The notes beneath the pieces were generated by a model. It ran no database searches, was not told where the DNA came from, and saw nothing but the letters and a program-made list of their open reading frames with translations. Positions 15,960 through 25,022 of a stretch of DNA of 44,665 nucleotides are shown piece after piece. The translations under genes and the position numbers were made by a program. The stretch spans positions 1 through 44,665 of IMG/VR virus record IMGVR_UViG_3300016670_000033, one strand, 5' to 3'. Source of the DNA: a virus. Its lineage: Duplodnaviria; Caudoviricetes. Every line of letters begins with the position of its first letter. Positions within the stretch are counted from its first letter, which is position 1.

Positions 15960-18617
15960 TTATGCGGGCATGAGCCTGTTCATTTTAATTTCGGGGGGCT
16001 GTTTGGTGGTTCCGTGGCGTGCAGTTCTCACACGATCCATCATGCCGTACAGGCGCTTAGCACCTGCGCTGCTAGAACCATTTCCAATATCTGCTACCAC
16101 GTCAGCTGGGATCACAAACTCTCCATCCGCCAAACGAGCAGGCTGCGTTCCATCAATTGTAGCCGGGATACTGTCGCTCATACCATCCCCACCACCAGAT
16201 AACATGCGGGGTTGATTTATTGGGGCAGTCATGCCGCCGCCTTCAAAAGCGACAGGATCTACTTCACCACCCATGGCGTAACCGTATGGATTTTCTCTAC
16301 CCAATCTTTCAGCGAGCTCCCGCATCATTTTTTCACGCTCTTCTTTTTCACGTTGAGCGGCATCGTAAATGGCCTGCTGCTTTTCATCGGCCTCAGCACC
16401 CTTCTCCAGTCCGTATCCAGTAAGAGCAACTCCAGCACCCTCAATTATGCTGAGAGGTTTTTCAGTCAGACGGACTCCGGGTCCTTTCGTATATAGATCG
16501 GTAGAAAGACTTGGCTTTGTTAAAGGACTTCCAGATGGAGTGGATGTTGAGACAGAACCTATTTTAAATCCCCCTCCTAGGTCCATATCTGGGGATGTCG
16601 TAGGAGTGCTGAGCGCAGTAGAGCCTAGATCAGACGGAACAAACCTTCCAGCCACATCGCGAATTGGGACATCAGATGAAATCCCAGACCCAAGACCCAT
16701 GCCAGGAGCTGGGGGTCCGCCTTGCGTCGTAAAATCGGCCAAAGAGTAGCTCATGGGCTGTCCAAGATTTGCAGACGCCGCCGTAACGGGAGCGATATTG
16801 GTTGGTGTGGCACCGAATCCTTCGCGCGGTATGTTGGTTGTTATTGCTTCGCCAGACGGTGTAGCACCCATCACTTTCTCACCAATACTGCCCAGTCCGT
16901 AAGACATGGCGCCAGCACCCAGGGCACGCTTCAGGTCAAATCCGCCTTTAGCAGAGCTTCCGGCAAGTAGGCCGCTCATAACAGACTTGGTCAGGAGAGA
17001 CGACATCCCGAACAAACCAGGGATTGGGACAAACGGAAGGACCTTCCCGGCTACACCCAAAAGTTTTTTCCAGCTGAATCCGTACTCAGGCAGTCCAGTT
17101 CTTGGATTGATCGTGCCAGATCCGCCCATGGCCTCAAGCATCTTGGCTTCGGTTGGGTTGATGTGAGCTAATATCGTGTCACCGTTGCGTCCTTGTTGAC
17201 GCAGTTCTTCTGCATACCCACGCATGGCAATGTCTGCTAGACCGCCTTTAGCCATGTAATAAGGTCGTTTCGCCATTGGCGCGTAACCAGTATATGGATC
17301 TATACCTGTTAAACCTCGACGCATATTCAGCGCTCTTCGGGCCTCCTCAATGTCTTCCGGTGTCATGGTTGAGCGGGCAGCTGCTTCAGCCTCTCTAAGT
17401 CCACGGCCAAACACCACGTCACGCTCATAGGGCTTGTAGTCGTAACGAACCGTTACACCCTCTTCCACTACAGGCACCAGCTGGCCGCCAACCAATCTAC
17501 CACTTTCGTCAACATAGTCAGATACATCAAACGTCGATCCAAGATCCTTGCCGGAATACTTGGTCATACCCTTAGACTCACCACCTTCAGCAAAATACTG
17601 AGGGGACCCCATTACTGGGCCACCTGCGTAAGCCTTTTTCTCGCCAGAAGCGATTGTCCCGCGTTGGAACTCAGCTAATTCAGCGGGCTCAATTGATGGC
17701 CCAAACCGATAGGCTCTGTCCATACCGCCAGCAAGATCGGGTGCACGCCCAAGCTGCGTCTGATAAAGATCCACAATGTTTTGAGGAATCGACGTCAGAG
17801 AGCCGGGCACATATTGGAAGTTTGGAGTCAGAGTGGGGCGAGTAGGTGCAGCCACCAGATTCGATGCAGCGCCTGCGCGAAGTTTGTTTTCAAGATCTAA
17901 TTGAGCAGTTCTTTGGCGGTCTAATTCTGGCACTGCACCGGCACGGAAATTAGCAATATCTTGAGGGCTGAGCGTGGGACCTACGTTTGCCAAATTTGCC
18001 TTGTATCCAGCCTCATCAGGGCGCCGACCAAGAACATTCTTGTACAGGTTCAAAAGACCGACATTACTAGCGCCCTCGGTCCCCACGCCAAGCTTTTGTC
18101 CATAAGGCACATTCTCAAGCAACGGAGTGATGAACTTTGTGAGGTCTCCCTTACGTGCCATAAGTGAGTCAATCCTAGCCCGCTCTGCTTTTTGCTCAGG
18201 GGTCTCTGAAGCTACGGCACTCGTGGATTTTTCACGATCCGTTACATCAGAAATGGTTTTCACTCCCTGATCTACATCTGTCGATGTTTTATACATCGGG
18301 GCGTTTGGAAGTTCTCCCGCACCGCCCAGCATGAACCTGACCAGCTCTTGATCAGAAATCTCTGGGCCAAACTGTTCTTTATAAAAAGTAAGGCCACCAG
18401 GATCCCCCGCTCTACGAAGGCCGCCCAAGTAAAGATCTTCTACTGAGAAAGTTCCGCCGGTTGTATCTCTAGCACGAATCTCTGGAGCCGCTCCATACAG
18501 AAATCGCTCAAGCTCTTTGTCATCAAGCTCGTTTCCATAAAGCTGTTTGTTAGCAGCCAAGCCACCCGCATCGGGTTCGCGTCCGAGGTAGATTCTGTAG
18601 GCTTCTTCTAGAGTCAT
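15960..18617 (-). CDS. modular putative internal virion protein with four DUF4214-like LGRxPDxxG repeats
   Basis: Four LY..LGR.PD..G repeats; GRNGDTILAHINP...TINPRTGLPEY and GDGMSDSIPA...ARLADGEFVIPADVV modules. Confidence 0.7.
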   Translation of the reverse strand: MTLEEAYRIYLGREPDAGGLAANKQLYGNELDDKELERFLYGAAPEIRARDTTGGTFSVEDLYLGGLRRAGDPGGLTFYKEQFGPEISDQELVRFMLGGAGELPNAPMYKTSTDVDQGVKTISDVTDREKSTSAVASETPEQKAERARIDSLMARKGDLTKFITPLLENVPYGQKLGVGTEGASNVGLLNLYKNVLGRRPDEAGYKANLANVGPTLSPQDIANFRAGAVPELDRQRTAQLDLENKLRAGAASNLVAAPTRPTLTPNFQYVPGSLTSIPQNIVDLYQTQLGRAPDLAGGMDRAYRFGPSIEPAELAEFQRGTIASGEKKAYAGGPVMGSPQYFAEGGESKGMTKYSGKDLGSTFDVSDYVDESGRLVGGQLVPVVEEGVTVRYDYKPYERDVVFGRGLREAEAAARSTMTPEDIEEARRALNMRRGLTGIDPYTGYAPMAKRPYYMAKGGLADIAMRGYAEELRQQGRNGDTILAHINPTEAKMLEAMGGSGTINPRTGLPEYGFSWKKLLGVAGKVLPFVPIPGLFGMSSLLTKSVMSGLLAGSSAKGGFDLKRALGAGAMSYGLGSIGEKVMGATPSGEAITTNIPREGFGATPTNIAPVTAASANLGQPMSYSLADFTTQGGPPAPGMGLGSGISSDVPIRDVAGRFVPSDLGSTALSTPTTSPDMDLGGGFKIGSVSTSTPSGSPLTKPSLSTDLYTKGPGVRLTEKPLSIIEGAGVALTGYGLEKGAEADEKQQAIYDAAQREKEEREKMMRELAERLGRENPYGYAMGGEVDPVAFEGGGMTAPINQPRMLSGGGDGMSDSIPATIDGTQPARLADGEFVIPADVVADIGNGSSSAGAKRLYGMMDRVRTARHGTTKQPPEIKMNRLMPA

Positions 18618-18651
18618 GATGGTATCCAGTTATATCTTAAGTTTAGCGCGA

Positions 18652-19533
18652 CTAGATGCCGTTTTGCACCAACAAGATGTTGAAATATGCGCTGATTAGG
18701 TTGTTGTTTGCAGAGCCAATTGCGGTGGCGCCGATACAGTTCTTCTCCGGTACTACGTATGGATTAGCAAAGTCGTACTGCACCGACCCGTTGTTGATCG
18801 CAACTACTGCACCAACCCGCACAATCCCATCTGGGCCATGCTGTTTTAAGTAGCCTGTAACCCCAGTCGTACCAGTATTCTGTCCTGCTGTAAATATACC
18901 CTCTGAAAGATACGCCGTGTATCCGGCAGGTACGCAGTAGTGGGCAGTCGTTCGGTTGTTATATCCAACTGCAATCAGGTCGTACACCGTGGCGCCGACT
19001 TTAGCCGTGATCTCTCCGACGTTTGACCCATGAGACCCAACCGTAACAACATAAAATTTATTTACGTACAAGTAAGAGCCTGTGGTCGTAACCCCAGTGG
19101 TTCCGTTCATTGTGATGGTCTGGCTGATTACGTTGTAGTTACCGTCTAACCCTTCGATGTAAACAGTCCGTGCGCCTGTACCGGCAGGGGATCCGTCATC
19201 GTCTGTACTGGTTGAAACAATTGTTAGCTGTGAAGCAACCGTTGGGTGCGGAACCAACCCCCCATCAGGCCAGACAGACTCTTCAGTCTGATCAACGTCT
19301 GGGTTATATCCAAAGACGCTAAACGAGCTATACCCCGGCACCAAGCCTTGAGCTACTCTGGTGTAAAAGGGAACCTGCATGTCGTTGACCTCGGTGGTAA
19401 CTTGGTTCAGAAAAGCATCCAACTGGTTAAAGTACAGACGCAGTGTGCGCAAAAACTCTCTTTGCTGTTGGCTATCGTACTGTTGCCCAGGAAGCGGTAA
19501 AGCTGGGGCGATAAAATTTTTGGCAAGCGTCAT
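18652..19533 (-). CDS. virion structural protein (short helical N-domain plus beta-rich domain)
   Basis: PALPLP..QYD...LRLYFNQLD N-terminus followed by a Thr/Gly/Val-rich beta region; ATGA-coupled to the tail gene. Confidence 0.65.
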   Translation of the reverse strand: MTLAKNFIAPALPLPGQQYDSQQQREFLRTLRLYFNQLDAFLNQVTTEVNDMQVPFYTRVAQGLVPGYSSFSVFGYNPDVDQTEESVWPDGGLVPHPTVASQLTIVSTSTDDDGSPAGTGARTVYIEGLDGNYNVISQTITMNGTTGVTTTGSYLYVNKFYVVTVGSHGSNVGEITAKVGATVYDLIAVGYNNRTTAHYCVPAGYTAYLSEGIFTAGQNTGTTGVTGYLKQHGPDGIVRVGAVVAINNGSVQYDFANPYVVPEKNCIGATAIGSANNNLISAYFNILLVQNGI

Positions 19534-21431
19534 TGTTTGCCGTCCTCACGGACTTCAAGGCGGGGCATACCAAGCTGCCACTGGACGTTTAAATCATCAG
19601 AGGAGATTTTTAAGGCCATCTGACGAGCACGGGCACGGATGAAAACTTGGTTGGTATAAATGTTGACCGCGCTTTCAATCACCCGCTGGCTGTCTGATGG
19701 GTCACCTTGGTATTGAGAGCCAGGGAAGTTCCTTGGCCTGATCGTCATGGTGACTTCAGGTGCTGTAGCTGTAGACTGATTAAAGTTGATATCCGGCAGC
19801 ATACGACGACTGAGCATAAATTTTTCGCCGTCGCCCAGATCAAAATCATTTGACTGGATGTAAGCCTCCATCGGCAAAATGTCGTCGTTTACCCCGACCT
19901 CATGGGTATAAAGACTACCGTTATTTGTATCCCCATAAAGGTACGCAGGCGTGCTAACCGCAGTTGGGTAGTCACGCATCGGGGTATCAAGCCATGCAGT
20001 CCGCACCATGGTGCCGTAGTACCAAACGTTTTCCAGATGGTTAAAGATCACATAACGATCAATCCAGTTGGAATTTGCGCTTGGGTAAAACCACCAGATC
20101 TCATTGAACCCTTCGTTGGTACCACAAATTATTTGGTCTGACTGGTCAAAGTTGATGTCCTTAAAGACATACTCACGGATCGTACACGAGAGCGTCTGGA
20201 CTTGTCCGTTGTAGACGTAGAACTTATCTGTACCCATCCAATAAGTGACGCTGTTTGCAGTTGTAGCCGCACGTGGTCCGATGATGGAGATGTTATCCGC
20301 TAACTCCTGCGTACCAAACACGTCGGTGGTACCCAAAAATTGCATGGAATAAAGTGTGGTGTTAGTCCACACCAATACTTCTTGACGAGTAGCAAGAGCA
20401 CGTACGATCTCAGAACCCCGAGACAACCGCAAAAAGCCAGCCGAGTTAGTGCTTGTTGGCGCCCACACTTGGGGCTCATCCTGACTAGCCCAACGTATCA
20501 ATAATGGGTCGTAATCCCCAGGAGATCCGGCATATGGCTGGCATCCAAACGCAAGCAGGTGCCTATCATTCTGAGAGACCATGATCTGCATAGCCGCATC
20601 AGGCACGCTAGAAGAACCAGATAGTGATGACAAAAGAACCGCAGGTACCCCGAGGGCTGTAACGGGGCTAGCTAGTGACCCCCGCTCCCAATAATAAATG
20701 GGGCCGCGACGAATGTTTGCCACCAGGTCATTATCGAAGTTGTCGAAGAACCAATCCCGTTGCAACAAATCTACAGGCACAGGCGAGGCCAAACCCCAGC
20801 CAAACGAACCGTTCCAAGCGCCCGTACCCCAACCATAACCAAGCGTTGTAATTGGGTAGCCGGGGTGAATTTGGCATTTGATGGTGATCGCCGTACCCCC
20901 TCCGCCGGTCGTTGTGCTAGTGGCTGCGTTAGCAACTGTGATGGTGAAGTTGTTGGCGTCAGGCACCCCCACCACACGATGCTCTTTATTAATATTTGCG
21001 TTTAGCACCCCGCCAGGATTCCCGGTTACCCCAGAGATGATGACGTAATCACCAGGAAGGCACCCATGAGCGGCAACATTTATGTTGACCGTGGTAGATC
21101 CGTTGGTTGTGTCTACGCAGTTATCCGTAGCCGTTGTAGTTAGGGTCGTGCGCAGTGGGGTGATGTCGTAAAAGTAACCACCTACCTCAATGTACAACTT
21201 CTGGTCCGTGCCTACCGCAAGAAAATTATCTTGGTAAGAAGTGATCCAGTTCCACAGCTGGCGGGATACCCCAACAAATGTTTCAGAAGTAGCTTTAACC
21301 CACCCACCAAGCTTTTGCGGGAAGCCGGAGAAAAACCGTACCTTGTCGCACTCCCACCAACCACCCTCACCAGAGTAGTTCGTCTGGTCTCGGTTGATCC
21401 CAGGCCTGAAATTTAATTTGAGGAAAGGCAT
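19530..21431 (-). CDS. tail stabilisation / tail tubular protein B-like
   Basis: 633 aa; FRPGINR...WWECDKVRF...QKLGGW N-terminus, LLIRWASQDEP, beta-propeller-like composition, WQLGMPRLE C-terminus. Confidence 0.75.
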   Translation of the reverse strand: MPFLKLNFRPGINRDQTNYSGEGGWWECDKVRFFSGFPQKLGGWVKATSETFVGVSRQLWNWITSYQDNFLAVGTDQKLYIEVGGYFYDITPLRTTLTTTATDNCVDTTNGSTTVNINVAAHGCLPGDYVIISGVTGNPGGVLNANINKEHRVVGVPDANNFTITVANAATSTTTGGGGTAITIKCQIHPGYPITTLGYGWGTGAWNGSFGWGLASPVPVDLLQRDWFFDNFDNDLVANIRRGPIYYWERGSLASPVTALGVPAVLLSSLSGSSSVPDAAMQIMVSQNDRHLLAFGCQPYAGSPGDYDPLLIRWASQDEPQVWAPTSTNSAGFLRLSRGSEIVRALATRQEVLVWTNTTLYSMQFLGTTDVFGTQELADNISIIGPRAATTANSVTYWMGTDKFYVYNGQVQTLSCTIREYVFKDINFDQSDQIICGTNEGFNEIWWFYPSANSNWIDRYVIFNHLENVWYYGTMVRTAWLDTPMRDYPTAVSTPAYLYGDTNNGSLYTHEVGVNDDILPMEAYIQSNDFDLGDGEKFMLSRRMLPDINFNQSTATAPEVTMTIRPRNFPGSQYQGDPSDSQRVIESAVNIYTNQVFIRARARQMALKISSDDLNVQWQLGMPRLEVREDGKQ

Positions 21432-21433
21432 TT

Positions 21434-21937
21434 CTACTCCAGAAACAATGCGGCTTCATCCTTGCGGCGTTTGACTAATCCCGGCAAAACCTTTCCACCG
21501 CCTTTAGTCCACATCATAAACGCTTCTGCCGCGCCCTCATAGTCCCCGCGATTGTTCCTCATGCGGATAGCGCTTCTTTGGTAGTTACCCAGCCCAGCGT
21601 TAAAACAGAAAGAAACTACAGCATCGAAAGCGCCCTGACGCCCATCAAGATTAGGACTAAGTCGAAGAGCGCCACGCTCAAAACGAACCAAGTCCCTCTC
21701 AAACAGGTCCATAACCTCTTCCTTCGACCAGACTCTCTGATGCTCCGCAGCAAGCGGGAATTCCTTACGAATCTGTCCTGTGTAGTCGCCCGTCCGTGCC
21801 ATGGGTAACTTAATCTGTTCATGGTGTAAAACGCTCCCAACGCCGACCGTCCAGATGTGCGCCGGACAGAGATAAGGCTTAAACCTCACCCCCTCATGGT
21901 GCATCATCATCTGTTTAGCACGGTCGGAGATTTTCAT
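21434..21937 (-). CDS. GH24 phage lysozyme (endolysin)
   Basis: HEG...PYLCPAHIWTVGVG catalytic E-x8-C-x5-T; FDAVVSFCFNAG; W.KGGGKVLPGLVKRRKDEAALF. Confidence 0.9.
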   Translation of the reverse strand: MKISDRAKQMMMHHEGVRFKPYLCPAHIWTVGVGSVLHHEQIKLPMARTGDYTGQIRKEFPLAAEHQRVWSKEEVMDLFERDLVRFERGALRLSPNLDGRQGAFDAVVSFCFNAGLGNYQRSAIRMRNNRGDYEGAAEAFMMWTKGGGKVLPGLVKRRKDEAALFLE

Positions 21938-22437
21938 TTACGCTGCCAATTACGGGACCCGAACCAGAAACCGATAATCCCACCAAGCATCGCCATCTCG
22001 TCATCTGAGAAGATAATGTCCGAAATTGCCAAGAACGACTGCACATCCACAATCAGCCCGGGTTGGGTGAAGGCATACCAAGTAATCGCCAGATTTATCG
22101 CCACCAGCTCCAGCACGAAGATATATGTGACCGTGGGCCGCACCGTGCCAACGTAGTTAGCCACCCACTGACTGGCTTTCTCCAAGACCTTCTGGTCGTG
22201 TTTTAGCGCTGCCTCAGTCATCTGGGCTTCGGTCTGCATGGCGACCTGCTCGGTACGGATCTCCTCAATCCTTTCCTGCGCCATGAACCCAAGCTGAGCC
22301 ATCTGCATCTCACGCTCCATCTGAAGTCGCATGAGGTTGGCTTCGTGGGCCTTGTCGGCTCGATCCTGAAAGAACTCAAGAAGTTTTGGTAGGCCGCTGA
22401 TTAGCAGACCGCCGAGGGTAGAAAGTAGTGAAAGCAT
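21934..22437 (-). CDS. putative holin (GTA 3TM-holin-like)
   Basis: Hydrophobic segments; VRPTVTY and IIGFWFGSR motifs; ATGA-coupled to the lysozyme. Confidence 0.75.
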   Translation of the reverse strand: MLSLLSTLGGLLISGLPKLLEFFQDRADKAHEANLMRLQMEREMQMAQLGFMAQERIEEIRTEQVAMQTEAQMTEAALKHDQKVLEKASQWVANYVGTVRPTVTYIFVLELVAINLAITWYAFTQPGLIVDVQSFLAISDIIFSDDEMAMLGGIIGFWFGSRNWQRK

Positions 22438-22967
22438 CAGACGATCTCCGTTTGTCTTTGTTCGTAAGGCTCAATCTCAGTGTGGCGATACCACAGTACA
22501 CATCCGATAAATGTCAGTAGCAGAACTACTGTTGCACCCAAAACTCCGTAGACAATCAAGTCGTCAATCGCCTGCTTCCGTCTGTACTTCCATTCGTTGA
22601 TGACCCGATCCCGTTCATCTTTTATTCTCAGGCGCATCTGGTACCACTCCCTGTAACCCTCTTCACCTAAGTGGCTTAATGCACCCCAGACAAACATCTG
22701 GTAAATCTCACGCTCCTGCTGGGCAATCCTGACCTTGGCTACATAACTATCGAACGCCTCAGCAGTTGCGCTCTTTTCAAACACCGGCTTTCGCCAGATT
22801 GAAGGAGGGTTGTTCTCCTCCTCAAAAAACAGTTGTAGGTCAGCTACTGCGGTTGCCCATTTACCAAGCTGACCAAGAACCTCTTCAGCTTCCTGTCCAA
22901 ACTCAACAGCTGCCTTGACCCCGCTCCACAGTGCAGTGGCAGTAGCAAATATGGTTACGGGGTCCAT
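22437..22967 (-). CDS. hypothetical membrane protein
   Basis: MDPVTIFATATA N-terminus, coiled coil, C-terminal TM LIVYGVLGATVVLLLTFIGCVLW. Confidence 0.7.
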   Translation of the reverse strand: MDPVTIFATATALWSGVKAAVEFGQEAEEVLGQLGKWATAVADLQLFFEEENNPPSIWRKPVFEKSATAEAFDSYVAKVRIAQQEREIYQMFVWGALSHLGEEGYREWYQMRLRIKDERDRVINEWKYRRKQAIDDLIVYGVLGATVVLLLTFIGCVLWYRHTEIEPYEQRQTEIV

Positions 22968-23015
22968 TCATTTAATCAATACCGTGCCAATTATTTTGTT
23001 ATAAAAATTGTTTAT

Positions 23016-23435
23016 TTATTGAGATTGGATTATGTCTTTCACTCTTTTTTGCGTATTATTTTCTACAGCATCAAAAATTTGATTAAAGTAGGTACGCTCT
23101 AGTGGCTGAATAAAAAATGACGGGTCAATAATTTCTTCGTCTATTGTGCGCAAAGCATGAATGCACACACAAACCGTATTATCTTCTAATGATGTAATTT
23201 TATGAAATTTGTTTTTTTCCACAAAAATATACCCAGGAGCTTTAAATTCCTTAGAAGCAACTACATTGCCATTTTGTCCATCCAAAACTTCGTACAAAAC
23301 AGAACCACTACTTAAAAGAGTTGCGTGATCATATGTGTGGGAGTGCCCAACCTCAACATCTCCTTTGTTAACAAAATTCATTAACCTTGAGTAAACATTA
23401 CTTATTGCAACAATTTTAACTTGCGGACCTGCCAT
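23016..23435 (-). CDS. cupin-fold protein (paralog 1)
   Basis: GHSHTYDHATLL...FHKITSLED metal-binding cupin His set. Confidence 0.8.
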   Translation of the reverse strand: MAGPQVKIVAISNVYSRLMNFVNKGDVEVGHSHTYDHATLLSSGSVLYEVLDGQNGNVVASKEFKAPGYIFVEKNKFHKITSLEDNTVCVCIHALRTIDEEIIDPSFFIQPLERTYFNQIFDAVENNTQKRVKDIIQSQ

Positions 23436-23436
23436 T

Positions 23437-23667
23437 CTATTCTCCCGTAATTAATACTGTATCTGTGTCGTCGTAAAAAATCATCTCGCCCTTGCAGGCT
23501 ATATTCCAGTCTACGCCGTTCTCGTCAAGCTCCGTCCATGTTGGAACCATGATACGCACGTGTCGAGCAAGAACCTCCCGCCCGTTTTCAAACACTCGCC
23601 AAGCGTGTTCTGCAGAACCGCGTCCAGGCTGGCCTCTGGACTTATTAAACCGGATTGTGTACTTCAC
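23437..23667 (-). CDS. small beta-rich hypothetical protein
   Basis: 76 aa, IRFNKSRG...WRVFENG...WNIAC; start overlaps the upstream stop. Confidence 0.7.
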   Translation of the reverse strand: MKYTIRFNKSRGQPGRGSAEHAWRVFENGREVLARHVRIMVPTWTELDENGVDWNIACKGEMIFYDDTDTVLITGE

Positions 23668-24140
23668 TCCGATGGTGACGCAAAGCGTTTGTCTCTTCCT
23701 TCTTTGCTTAAGGAATTACTGCCTATTAAAATATTGTGATTTTTAGAAAAATAGGGGCCTATATGGTCATCTACAAACTCTGAATCGTTCCATGTGTCTG
23801 CAAAACACTTTTGATTTACAAGCGTATCCGGGGGGATAATGTTTTCATCTATATCTCTAAGAGCATGAATACATGCTGCTACTGTTCCGTCTTCAAGAGC
23901 CGTAAGTTTATGCATTCTCATTTTATCAATAAAAACAAACGAAGGGGCAGTAAATTCCTTGCTAGCTATTGTATTCCCATCATCATCTAGCATTTCAACC
24001 AAAACACGTCCATAAGAAATTAATGTCCCGTGATCATAGGTATGGCAATGGCCATGCTCAACGTCACCTGCGTTTTTAAAAAACATAGAACGACAAAAAA
24101 CATTACTTATTGCTATGCTTTGCACAATTGGTGACGCCAT
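23664..24140 (-). CDS. cupin-fold protein (paralog 2)
   Basis: Start revised to MASPIVQ at 24140 (AGGAG RBS); GHCHTYDHGTLI...MHKLTALED. Confidence 0.8.
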   Translation of the reverse strand: MASPIVQSIAISNVFCRSMFFKNAGDVEHGHCHTYDHGTLISYGRVLVEMLDDDGNTIASKEFTAPSFVFIDKMRMHKLTALEDGTVAACIHALRDIDENIIPPDTLVNQKCFADTWNDSEFVDDHIGPYFSKNHNILIGSNSLSKEGRDKRFASPSE

Positions 24141-24157
24141 TAATATCTCCTGTAAAT

Positions 24158-24553
24158 TTACTCTGGACGAGCAGGCCAGAACACAGTTTCCGGGAAGTCG
24201 GGTTGCAATGGGATATCGCGAAGCAAGCGGCGGTACTCCATCCAAGCAGCTCGCTCACCAGCCGTCATGTCTGTGTTGTCTGCGGCTACTTTGCTATCGG
24301 ATCCAAGCAGGAGACCGTTAATCATTTCACGGACCTGGTCTTCTTTGGACGGTTCTGGTGCTGCCTGTTCCTCGGGGGCATCACCAACTTCAAACCACCC
24401 CATATTGGCATAATTAGGGCCAAGCCAAGACAAGTCCCCCAGCCGGTCACTAAACCCGGCTAGACCGAAGATGGGCCCCCAGTTTTCAGGAAGCGGTTGT
24501 GGTTCGTTTAGGGGCTCGTTTGTTTGCAGGTTTTTCAGTTGCCACAGCTTCAT
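24158..24553 (-). CDS. tail fibre assembly chaperone-like protein
   Basis: Start revised to MKLWQL; C-terminal LLGSD...WMEYRRLLRDIPLQPDFPETVFWPARPE typical of Tfa-like chaperones. Confidence 0.8.
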   Translation of the reverse strand: MKLWQLKNLQTNEPLNEPQPLPENWGPIFGLAGFSDRLGDLSWLGPNYANMGWFEVGDAPEEQAAPEPSKEDQVREMINGLLLGSDSKVAADNTDMTAGERAAWMEYRRLLRDIPLQPDFPETVFWPARPE

Positions 24554-25022
24554 TTTTTGGTTCCTTTTTGGACTTGCGGGTAGCGCCGCCATTCACGTAT
24601 TCATACTCTTCTTCTTTGAGCCAATCCGCAACACGCTGCTCGGCTTCTTGCTGATTGAACCCGCTTGCACCAAGTTGTTGAAAAACCGCCATATCATTTA
24701 CAAACGCGGGATGCCCATTTAAATGCTTTTTTTCCGCCTCGGACACACGCCATTCGCGCCAGCTTGCAAAATCATCTCTAGGTTTAATTGCAATATGACA
24801 GCCAACATTTGCAGCAAGTTGATGGATAAGTTCAATAACCTCAATTGGCTGCATGGCGCACCAAAGATGTTTCCCGTCCCCACGCATTGTTAACTCAGTT
24901 GTACCACCAAAACAAGTTCCCACCGTGACAGATCTTGCACGGCTTAAGTGGCTTTCTTTTTCTTCCAGTTGTTGCTGGATGTTAAGCTCTTCAAGTTTCT
25001 TTTTTGCGTCTCTCAGTTTCAT
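24486..25022 (-). CDS. hypothetical protein
   Basis: Start revised to ATG at 25022 (TAATG overlap with the Gly-rich gene); RARSVTVGTCFGGTTEL...IKPRDDFASWREW. Confidence 0.7.
   Translation of the reverse strand: MKLRDAKKKLEELNIQQQLEEKESHLSRARSVTVGTCFGGTTELTMRGDGKHLWCAMQPIEVIELIHQLAANVGCHIAIKPRDDFASWREWRVSEAEKKHLNGHPAFVNDMAVFQQLGASGFNQQEAEQRVADWLKEEEYEYVNGGATRKSKKEPKNEAVATEKPANKRAPKRTTTAS

Noticed and set aside
21434-21937. Lysozyme catalytic Asp replaced by Cys as a sign of inactivation
   Set aside because: E-x8-C-x5-T is a known variant in active GH24 phage lysozymes
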